Shown one piece after another: positions 19,590 to 27,330 of a stretch of DNA of 35,269 nt; positions within the stretch are counted from its first letter, which is position 1, and each line of letters opens with the position of its first letter. Position numbers and translations under genes: made by a program. The DNA lies in IMG/VR virus record IMGVR_UViG_2563366848_000003. One strand, 5' to 3'. Source of the stretch: a virus. Its lineage: Duplodnaviria > Heunggongvirae > Uroviricota > Caudoviricetes. The notes below the pieces were generated by a model. The model was given only the letters and a program-made list of their open reading frames with translations. It was not told where the DNA came from and searched no databases.

Positions 19590-20427
19590 TTGTGTTACCT
19601 TCCAAGTGAGCCACTCTGTTAATAAATTCGTTACAGATCTTTTCTATATCTTGGCGTGACTTTGAATAACAAGAAGGAATATTTCCTTGATAACCTACCA
19701 TTAAATCACGCACGTAGGTTAATTGATTTTCAAAGAAATAAAAATTTGTAAATTGAGTATGGTTTTCGAATTGTTCTTTAATTTCCCTTGTTTTATTGGT
19801 CATTTCAGCATCAGTGTTTGTATAAATGTAACCGACTTGCTTGATTTCTTTCTCATGATGTGTGCGCATATTTCTTATAACGCTATTTAAACTGCTTGCT
19901 CCAAGCACCGAGTAGTGATCAATTTTAACCGGAGTAAGATAATAATCAGAAGCAAGGAGTGCGGTATCTGTAAATAATGAGATTGTTGGGGGGCTATCGA
20001 TAAAGATATAGTCGTAACTTTCTTTTAAGTCATTTTCGGTGATGAATTTACGCAACATTTTTATTCTAATACCCTCTTGGTTAGTATCAAAGATAATGTT
20101 TATATCACCTAAGATAATATCAAGATTGTCTGAAACTTTAGTAATGACCTGTTCTGGTGTCACTTTCTTTTCATCTTCCATTAATGAATTTGGAAGCTCA
20201 AAAATCTTTCGAATGGTTTGATTATTAGGGCGAAGGGCAGTCATATATTCTTCTACTCGATCATAATGCCCCATTAAGGACTGAGTGGCATTAAATTGAG
20301 GATCAATATCGATAACTAGAACCTTGCGCCCCATATGGTTGGCTAAAAACTCAGCAATCCCAACGCATAAAGTTGTTTTACCAACCCCACCTTTCATATT
20401 GATAAAACTAATTACTGGTGCAGTCAT
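19582..20427 (-). CDS. ParA/MinD-family P-loop ATPase (deviant Walker A)
   Basis: N-terminal FINMKGGVGKTTLCVGIAEFLA (KGGxGKT deviant Walker A), VIDIDPQ and downstream DSPP motifs typical of ParA/Soj; SD AAGGA 6-8 nt upstream of the ATG at 20427. Confidence 0.8.
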   Translation of the reverse strand: MTAPVISFINMKGGVGKTTLCVGIAEFLANHMGRKVLVIDIDPQFNATQSLMGHYDRVEEYMTALRPNNQTIRKIFELPNSLMEDEKKVTPEQVITKVSDNLDIILGDINIIFDTNQEGIRIKMLRKFITENDLKESYDYIFIDSPPTISLFTDTALLASDYYLTPVKIDHYSVLGASSLNSVIRNMRTHHEKEIKQVGYIYTNTDAEMTNKTREIKEQFENHTQFTNFYFFENQLTYVRDLMVGYQGNIPSCYSKSRQDIEKICNEFINRVAHLEGNTNE

Positions 20428-20450
20428 TTTTTCATCCTTAATTATGTAGT

Positions 20451-20465
20451 GTGAAATAGATTCAC
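20451..20465. promoter_or_regulatory. candidate operator palindrome upstream of the ParA-like gene
   Basis: GTGAA-ataga-TTCAC inverted repeat 24-38 nt upstream of the ParA-like start codon. Confidence 0.25.
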
Positions 20466-21175
20466 TATGCTGAAAGCATTTTTTAGCTTAATTTTTATAC
20501 TGCGCGTTGACTTATCACCCTATCATATATGATTTTTAGGTGTTGCATAGACTGGTTTTATATCAGGGGCTTAGGTTGTATGTGGCGTCACAGAATCACT
20601 AATCATTGAACTTTGTACATGTAACAGTCCGGTTAAATAATATATAATGGGTTGTTAAGTTGGCTCTCTGATTCCTGATGCCCCAAGGACGCGCGTCATT
20701 GCGTGCCAGATTAACTTTTCGTCGGGCACAGTGCTATCGGCAATTATTTCCTCAGCCTCTTTCCCGCATAGGTCTTGGCGCATCCATTTTCTTGCTATGA
20801 AATCTCCAGCCGGTCAGACTGAAAGTATAGAAGAGAATATGCGAATCGCTGTTCCGGTGTTTCTGGGAGAGCTTATGTCGGAGTAATTCCCCGGTAATTG
20901 AATCTCTTTTGCTCGCTCATAACAGACATTCACTACAGTTATGGTAGAAAGTATGTATGCTGATTGGGGAAAGTGTGAAAGAAAAGAAGACTGCTGCGCT
21001 GTTTGTCGTCACGTTTATCTTCATTGGCTATGCAAGTCATAATACAAGGTGGGACAAAACTGAGACACATAAGGCCTCACAATGGCTTGCAAGGCTTTAC
21101 ATGTTTTGATGTGGTGGGACGTGTGAGCACAGTGTTGATGGGGTAATACTTTGAATTAGAAGCGGATTCTTATAA

Positions 21176-21220
21176 TTCGTAATGCGAAGGTCGTAGGTTC
21201 GACTCCTATTATCGGCACCA
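21176..21220 (+). other. 45-bp 3' fragment of tRNA-Thr(CGU) (thrW-like): attachment-site remnant
   Basis: attcgtaatgcgaaggtcgtaggttcgactcctattatcggcacca contains the anticodon loop (CGT), T-arm GGTTCGACTCC and the 3' acceptor with CCA, but the preceding 30 nt do not form the D-arm or 5' acceptor, so it is not a complete tRNA gene. Confidence 0.75.
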
Positions 21221-21383
21221 TCTCAACTTCCTCAAACGTCCATATTTGTCCATAAATACCCTGATTTATAAAGACTTTTCTGCTTTTAAGTCCATCTTTG
21301 TCCGTAACCATCCAGTAGAATCCGATACGGAATGTGTATAGGATTGTGTATATGTTTCTGTTCTGTCCTGGATTCCTATACAC

Positions 21384-22553
21384 ATGCCTTTAAACGATAT
21401 GCAGATTCGTCGCGCTAAGCCTGAAGAGAAACCCTATACGCTTGGGGATGGTCAAGGCTTGTCATTACTTATAGAACCTAATGGGAGCAAGAGCTGGCGG
21501 TTTCGCTATCGCTATGCCGGTAAACCCAAAATGATCTCGCTTGGTGTTTACCCAACGATCACCCTTGCCGATGCTCGTTCCCGTCGTGACGAAGCCCGCA
21601 AATTGGTCGCCGAAGGAAAGAATCCGAGTGAGGTTCGAAAAGAGCAGAAGATTGCTTTGCAAACCGAGTCTGAAAGCGCGTTCGAAAAGATAGCGACAGA
21701 GTGGCACCAGATGAAATCTGCCAAATGGTCGGCCGGTTATGCATCAGACATCATGGAAGCTTTTCAGAACGATATTTTCCCTTATGTAGGTAAAAGGCCA
21801 ATTGGCGAAATAAAACCGCTAGAATTGCTTAATGTGCTGCGTAAAATTGAAAAACGAGGTGCGTTGGAGAAAATGCGGAAAGTGCGACAGCGTTGCTCGG
21901 AGGTTTTCCGTTATGCCATTGCTACAGGTAGAGCCGAGTTTAATCCTGCGGCAGATCTCTCAAGTGCCCTCGAAGTGCATCAATCCAATCATTTCCCGTT
22001 CCTTAAAGCTGATGAGTTACCTGATTTTTTGCGTGCTCTAGACAGTTACACAGGGAGTCGGCTTGTCCTTATTGCTACGAAGTTACTGATGATTACGGGC
22101 GTAAGAACCATTGAATTACGTGCAGCTTTATGGTCGGAATTTGATCTGGATAACGCTATTTGGGAAATACCAGCAGAAAGGATGAAAATGCGTAGGGCAC
22201 ACCTTGTGCCACTATCGACTCAAGCGTTAGATTTACTTAATGAACTCAAAGCGATGACAGGAAACTACCGTTATGTTTTTCCTGGACGAAATGATCCGAA
22301 TAAGCCAATGAGTGAGGCAAGTGTAAACCAAGTAATCAAACGCATTGGCTTTGGTGGCAAGGTTACAGGGCACGGATTCAGACATTCAATGTCTACTATT
22401 TTGCATGAGCAAGGATTTGAATCGAGTTGGATAGAGATGCAATTAGCTCATGTTGATAAAAACAGTATCCGAGGCACTTATAACCATGCTCAGTATTTTG
22501 ATAAACGCAGAGTTATGATGCAGTGGTATGCTGATTATGTACAGGGGAAATAA
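21384..22553 (+). CDS. int: P4-type tyrosine integrase
   Basis: 389-aa ORF with the P4-type N-terminal domain (IRRAKPEEKPYTLGDGQGLSLLIEPNGSKSWRFRYRYAGKPK) and a C-terminal catalytic domain (HGFRHSMSTILHEQGF ... HVDKNSIRGTYNHAQY); lies 164 bp downstream of the tRNA fragment. Confidence 0.95.
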   Translation: MPLNDMQIRRAKPEEKPYTLGDGQGLSLLIEPNGSKSWRFRYRYAGKPKMISLGVYPTITLADARSRRDEARKLVAEGKNPSEVRKEQKIALQTESESAFEKIATEWHQMKSAKWSAGYASDIMEAFQNDIFPYVGKRPIGEIKPLELLNVLRKIEKRGALEKMRKVRQRCSEVFRYAIATGRAEFNPAADLSSALEVHQSNHFPFLKADELPDFLRALDSYTGSRLVLIATKLLMITGVRTIELRAALWSEFDLDNAIWEIPAERMKMRRAHLVPLSTQALDLLNELKAMTGNYRYVFPGRNDPNKPMSEASVNQVIKRIGFGGKVTGHGFRHSMSTILHEQGFESSWIEMQLAHVDKNSIRGTYNHAQYFDKRRVMMQWYADYVQGK

Positions 22554-24053
22554 ATGCAAACTTCGAGAGCTATTAATAAAAATGTCGGGGGAAATGACTC
22601 TGAAAAATATCTTTCTAAGCTGTGTGAAAGAACTTTTTTAAGCTTGTGGAGTTATCCAAATGTTTATACTGATGAAGGAAAAAAAACGGCGTCGGGAGAT
22701 GGGAAGGAACTCTGTGATCTTCTAGTTGTATTTGAAAATCATGTCATAATATTTTCCGATAAAGATATTTCGTTTAAGGATTCAGGGGATTTAAAAGTTG
22801 ATTGGGGGCGTTGGGTTAAAAGGGCTGTTATTAAATCCGCAGTTCAACTTTATGGTGCCGAGTCATCATTAAAAGAGAGACCCGGTAGGTTATTTCTTGA
22901 TGCTAAGTGTAATGTCCCTTTTCCAATTAAAGTGCCAAAGTGTGACGAAATTATCGTTCACCGAATTGCTGTTGCAAAGAATGCATCAAAAAAATTCCAA
23001 GAGCATTCTGGCGGTTCTGGGAGTTTGATTATATGTCCGCGCATAGTGGGAAACCAACATTTTGATACTCCGTTTATGATCGGTCAGCCCATTGCTGACA
23101 AGCCTTATGTGCATGTTTTTGATGATATTGCTTTAGATATTATACTTTCTGAACTCGATACAATTGCTGATTTTATAGATTATCTTAGTAAGAAGGAAGA
23201 ATTTATTGCTTCAGGAGGACTAAACTCGGCAGCGGGAGAGGAAGAACTTTTAGCATGGTACTATATAAATGCTAAAGATGGGCGTGAGCCGGGGTTTTAT
23301 ATAGAGAAAGGAGTATCAGCTTTGATTGTTGAGGGGGCCTATGAATCTCTTAAAAACCTTCCTCAGTTTATTAGAGGGAAAGAACTAAATTCTAATTCTT
23401 ATTTTTGGGATGCCTGTATAGAAAATTTTGCGAAACATATGCTTAGTGGGACAATATTGTCCGAAGGGGATTTTTCATTTGATGAGATGACTCGTGGTCT
23501 AAGAATTATGGCATCCGAGACGAGATTTTCAAGGCGTATACTATCAAATGCAATAATTGAAAAAGTCACCTCCATCCCTCATGGGCAAAGAGGTGTTAGA
23601 GTTTTGGTCTCTCCCAGTAACAGCGATAATGGGTATGTTTGGCTAGTGGTTCCGGTGCCAGAATGTTGCACATCATATGATGACTATAGAAAATATCGTA
23701 AAGATACTCTCTCTGTTTACTGTGCTTCAGCAAAGCTACTTTTCCCGGATATGAAATATATAGTTGGAGTTGCCACAGAACCGATGGGGGGGAATGGAGG
23801 GGAAGATATGGTGTTTATTGATTCAACTCAGTGGACAGAGGATGACTACGAAAGAGCTCGAAAAGATAGAGATGAATTTAAAGCTTTACTTCCGGATAAT
23901 ATTAAAAGAACTGATGATCACGATTATCAATTCCCTATTCTTCCTGGAGACTATCCTGAAAAAGAAACTTTAAGGGTTGAAAAGAATAGTAAGGCTAGAA
24001 TAAAACGAATTAAAAAGGCGCAAAAAAAAGCCCGTAGAAATAACAGAAAATGA
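22554..24053 (+). CDS. hypothetical protein (499 aa), cargo at the integrase-proximal position; possible nuclease-like N-terminal region, basic C-terminal tail
   Basis: ATG immediately follows the int stop (TAAATG) with SD AGGGGA; AT-rich. N-terminal segment ELCDLLVVFENHVIIFSDKD is loosely reminiscent of a PD-(D/E)xK core (unverified); C-terminus KNSKARIKRIKKAQKKARRNNRK is highly basic. Confidence 0.7.
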   Translation: MQTSRAINKNVGGNDSEKYLSKLCERTFLSLWSYPNVYTDEGKKTASGDGKELCDLLVVFENHVIIFSDKDISFKDSGDLKVDWGRWVKRAVIKSAVQLYGAESSLKERPGRLFLDAKCNVPFPIKVPKCDEIIVHRIAVAKNASKKFQEHSGGSGSLIICPRIVGNQHFDTPFMIGQPIADKPYVHVFDDIALDIILSELDTIADFIDYLSKKEEFIASGGLNSAAGEEELLAWYYINAKDGREPGFYIEKGVSALIVEGAYESLKNLPQFIRGKELNSNSYFWDACIENFAKHMLSGTILSEGDFSFDEMTRGLRIMASETRFSRRILSNAIIEKVTSIPHGQRGVRVLVSPSNSDNGYVWLVVPVPECCTSYDDYRKYRKDTLSVYCASAKLLFPDMKYIVGVATEPMGGNGGEDMVFIDSTQWTEDDYERARKDRDEFKALLPDNIKRTDDHDYQFPILPGDYPEKETLRVEKNSKARIKRIKKAQKKARRNNRK

Positions 24054-24091
24054 GTTATGATCAAATCAAGGGCCTTTTTAAGGCCTTTGAA

Positions 24092-24874
24092 TCAATCTTT
24101 GGCGTGTGATTTAAATTTAAATGATATTTTTCTCTTGGTATTTCTTAAGGATTTTGAAATTCGCCATTTTAAATTGAATAAAGTATCCAATAGCTTTTCT
24201 GAGTTCTGCTTATTTAGTAGTCTGTGTTCTTGTCTTATCATAAGGAATATTTCAAGGTATGGGTCGTCAATTTTTTCTTCCAGTTCTTCACAAGAGTAGC
24301 TGTTGACACGTTCAAGAGCGATATATTCCATCCTTATCTCATTTGGTTCCCTTAAACTTGTTTTTTCCCATTCTAATCTAATTGGCTTACTAAAAAGGGA
24401 TATGTTCTCCTTAATATGTGCCATAACACGTCTAAAACGATTGTTAAATTCTTCATTATCAGTATGCATAACTGGTGATTGATTTCCTAATAATGTTGAA
24501 CTTTTTTCTCTTTGGAATTTGTAATATTCCTCTGATACTTTTTTGCTAAAGCTGGCTTGATCTGATTTATTCTTGAAGCTTATATGTTCATAACTATCCG
24601 GACCATATATTTGTTCCATCCAGTGCAACTGACTAAATTGATTGACGGCTTGTTCTAAATCTTTATCTTCTGATGTGTATGTTTTCTGTGATTTTATTTT
24701 GTAGTCGAAAAGTAGTAAGTCGCAAACATCGAAGTAGATTTTGTCATAAGTTCTTAGACGTTCTATTTTTCTATTGTATTTTGACTGGCGAATGGTATTT
24801 AAAAATCCTAGGCAGGATATGATAAAACCACCTATAGAAATATATAAAGAAATTGAAGTGTTATCCTGCACCAA
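24092..24874 (-). CDS. hypothetical membrane-anchored protein (260 aa) with an N-terminal transmembrane helix
   Basis: N-terminus MVQDNTSISLYISIGGFIISCLGFLNTI is a predicted TM helix followed by a charged domain of unknown function. Convergent with the 499-aa gene (38-bp gap); AT-rich. Confidence 0.65.
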   Translation of the reverse strand: MVQDNTSISLYISIGGFIISCLGFLNTIRQSKYNRKIERLRTYDKIYFDVCDLLLFDYKIKSQKTYTSEDKDLEQAVNQFSQLHWMEQIYGPDSYEHISFKNKSDQASFSKKVSEEYYKFQREKSSTLLGNQSPVMHTDNEEFNNRFRRVMAHIKENISLFSKPIRLEWEKTSLREPNEIRMEYIALERVNSYSCEELEEKIDDPYLEIFLMIRQEHRLLNKQNSEKLLDTLFNLKWRISKSLRNTKRKISFKFKSHAKD

Positions 24875-24980
24875 CTTTCTCCCCTCTGAAAAATAGAATT
24901 CTTAAACCTAAAATTAATTGCATCTTCGGATAAGCTTTTCTATCTCAAAAAATTTAAATGGTCAACTATATTGGTGCGCA

Positions 24981-24999
24981 ATGCTCTCCCCGCCACGCC
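24981..24999 (-). other. P2/P4-type cos-like site
   Basis: Reverse complement GGCGTGGCGGGGAGAGCAT matches the P2/P4 19-nt cohesive end GGCGAGGCGGGGAAAGCAC (recalled from memory) at 16 of 19 positions; located between the integrase-side cargo and psu, where cos sits in integrated P4. Confidence 0.5.
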
Positions 25000-25004
25000 T
25001 GCCC
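24987..25004. repeat. 18-bp direct repeat ccccgccacgcctgcccg, copy 1 (overlaps the cos-like site)
   Basis: Identical 18-mer found again at 25433-25450. Confidence 0.8.
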
Positions 25005-25432
25005 GTTTAAGAAGTCGCTTTTAATGCCGTTGCAACGGCGTACTCTGGCCGCGCCGCGAATGGCGCTAGCAGGGATTACAGCGACAGGAAAACACCTGCA
25101 AAACCATGCCTCGTTTGGATGCATTGCTTAAATCGGGAAAAATGACGGTATTTAGGAGGGGCAGGTTACTGAGCGGTAGTTCGGCGCGGTTATGGAGGTA
25201 AATTACACTCTATTCATTCGTGAAATTTTTAAAATTTTTTCACCCATCAAGCAGCGTCAAGCTTGGAATACTTGCTACCACGCTGTTCTGCACTAACCTG
25301 CTGATCTTCGCCCTTGTTCCTTATGTTTCAACAGCGCACCGCAGAGGCGAGATTCCCCCCGTCTTGACCATGCCAGCTCGTTGAAATTTGAAAAGATAAG
25401 CACCATTTAACATCTTAGCGCGCGCTCGTAGC

Positions 25433-25450
25433 CCCGCCACGCCTGCCCGC
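25433..25450. repeat. 18-bp direct repeat ccccgccacgcctgcccg, copy 2
   Basis: Identical to 24987-25004; the flanking sequence diverges from the cos consensus. Confidence 0.8.
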
Positions 25451-25602
25451 TTTATGTAGTGGTTTTCATGCAGGTGCATGAACGGTTCTCATCCATGCCG
25501 CGTGCGGTCTGAGAGGTAAAAATACCAGTACATAAAGTCATGCGGTTTCATGCAGCATAGCCATGCACTCTCAGCATCAACGGGAAAGTCAGAAAGTTGG
25601 CA

Positions 25603-25627
25603 TAAAAAACCGGCATAAAAGCCGGTT
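25603..25627 (-). terminator. rho-independent terminator downstream of the delta-like gene
   Basis: On the minus strand: AACCGGCttttatGCCGGTT followed by TTTTT, about 20 nt after the delta stop. Confidence 0.55.
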
Positions 25628-25646
25628 CGAGGATTGCTTTGAGCCG

Positions 25647-25922
25647 TCAGACAGGAATTTGCTGGCGGTTTGAGAGCCTGGAGGCTGCGCCATATTTTCC
25701 GAGTGTGTGAGCTGACTTCTCTGATTGCTCGCTTGCGGTTTCATCCTTGGTCTCAACCTTGTTAGGCCGGGCAATAATCGTGTCCACGCTCTCCAGTGCG
25801 GTGAATGTGCATGAGCACTCCAGGTTTTTGCACTGATAGTAAGTCCGCTTTATGGATGGGGCCTCATAAAAGCTTGAACGGGCATGTGAGATTGCGCCGC
25901 ACTCAGGACACTGTAAAGCCAT
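25647..25922 (-). CDS. Ogr/Delta-family zinc-finger late transcription activator
   Basis: MALQCPECGAISHARSSFYEAPSIKRTYYQCKNLECSCTFTALESV has the Ogr/Delta C-x2-C-x22-C-x4-C arrangement; start at 25922 with SD GGAGGA 6 nt upstream (the tabulated ORF begins 5 codons earlier). Confidence 0.85.
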   Translation of the reverse strand: MALQCPECGAISHARSSFYEAPSIKRTYYQCKNLECSCTFTALESVDTIIARPNKVETKDETASEQSEKSAHTLGKYGAASRLSNRQQIPV

Positions 25923-26475
25923 AGGCTTCCTCCGCAAGTTTCAGGCGCTTGAGCCTGTCCTGAAAAGTTTTATGCTTCGCCGGAGTGAATCTCTTCGAGG
26001 CATCCATGCGCATTGATGCATCAGGCGATAAACCTGATTCATCAAGGATTTCACGGCAGGACTCAAGCAGTTCTGGAGCATTGAGTTCCGAATAATGCGC
26101 CAGCGCCAAACGCAGCACACGTGCAGCAACATCAAGGCCAAAGGGGCCGTTCAGATAAGGTGCCAGCGCTGAGGTCAGCGCCTTGCCCGAATTTGCCATA
26201 AATTCACTCAAGGCATTATCAACACAGGCATCCACGACACTTCTCTGCGCGTAGAGACCATCATTTGCCGCACAGCTGATCTGCCATTCAAGCACTTCTA
26301 GCTTTTCTCTGAGAGTTTCAACCTGCCAGGCATAATTGTAAGGCTTATCTGCAGACAGCAACAATGCCTGCAGCCGTAGTTGGGCTGTACTTTGCTCGTT
26401 GCGAAGTGATAGCCAGCTCTGAGAAGCATCCCGGTAGTGATGCAGCGCTTCCTTAGGGGTAATTGTGGTGTCCAT
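25903..26475 (-). CDS. psu: Psu-like protein (polarity suppression / capsid decoration homologue)
   Basis: 190 aa, the same length as P4 Psu; recalled similarity in the C-terminal half (ALTSALAP..., KRFTPAKHKTF vs P4 ALAAALAP..., EKFTPAQNMIF). Confidence 0.65.
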   Translation of the reverse strand: MDTTITPKEALHHYRDASQSWLSLRNEQSTAQLRLQALLLSADKPYNYAWQVETLREKLEVLEWQISCAANDGLYAQRSVVDACVDNALSEFMANSGKALTSALAPYLNGPFGLDVAARVLRLALAHYSELNAPELLESCREILDESGLSPDASMRMDASKRFTPAKHKTFQDRLKRLKLAEEAYGFTVS

Positions 26476-26569
26476 CAGCTTTGCTGCGTATTACCGTGAA
26501 GGAGATCGGTGAGTAACATCGATGGAGATCGGTTCGTGTCACTTTCACAGAACCGTTTTTAAATTACCT

Positions 26570-27319
26570 TCACTGATCTCCTTCGGTCAACGGAGATTGT
26601 ATTTTCCGCATTGATTCTCCTTTAAGTTCGATCTTGATACTGCCATGAACCAGTCGATCTAGGATGGCATCCGCATGTGTGGAGTCTCCGATCATTTTGT
26701 ACCAGTTTTCCACCGGCAACTGGCTCACTACGATGATTGAGCCTCGTTGGTACATCAGATCCACTATTTCCAGCAGGTCGCTACGCTGTTCTGATGAGAG
26801 AGGTTCCAGCCCCCAGTCATCCAGAAGCAGCAGATCGCTATTATTCAGCCTGGTCAAAAGTTTGCTGTATCTTCCATCAGCATGCCCCTGATAGCACTGT
26901 TCCATCAGCGCTTTAAGGCGATAATAGTAGACCTTGTATCCCTGTCGGCAGGCATTATGACCAAGTGCACATGCCAGGAACGTTTTACCGCTGCCGGTGG
27001 CCCCGGTCAGTAAAATATTTTGTTTCAGGGTTAACCAGTTTCCCTGACTGAGTGAACGGATGAGGGCCCTGTCCAGCCCTCTATTGTTACGATAATCCAG
27101 CTTTGATAACTCAGCATTAAGTCTGAACCGTGCATGTTTGATCAGACGCTCTGCCTTCCTGTTTTCACGGCAGGTTAGTTCTTCTGCTGTCAGTAATGAC
27201 AGGCGTTCTTCGAAGCCCAGCTCCTGGTATGTGCCCGGCTGAGCAAGTTGCTTTTTAAGCGCATCACGGAAGCCGGTGAGTTTAAGTGCGGTCAGTTGTT
27301 CGTAAAGATGATTCATCAT
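26570..27319 (-). CDS. istB: IS21-family transposition helper ATPase IstB
   Basis: 249 aa with Walker A GATGSGKT and Walker B LLLLDDWG, IstB/DnaC-like. Confidence 0.93.
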   Translation of the reverse strand: MMNHLYEQLTALKLTGFRDALKKQLAQPGTYQELGFEERLSLLTAEELTCRENRKAERLIKHARFRLNAELSKLDYRNNRGLDRALIRSLSQGNWLTLKQNILLTGATGSGKTFLACALGHNACRQGYKVYYYRLKALMEQCYQGHADGRYSKLLTRLNNSDLLLLDDWGLEPLSSEQRSDLLEIVDLMYQRGSIIVVSQLPVENWYKMIGDSTHADAILDRLVHGSIKIELKGESMRKIQSPLTEGDQ

Positions 27320-27330
27320 TGGATCCCGTA

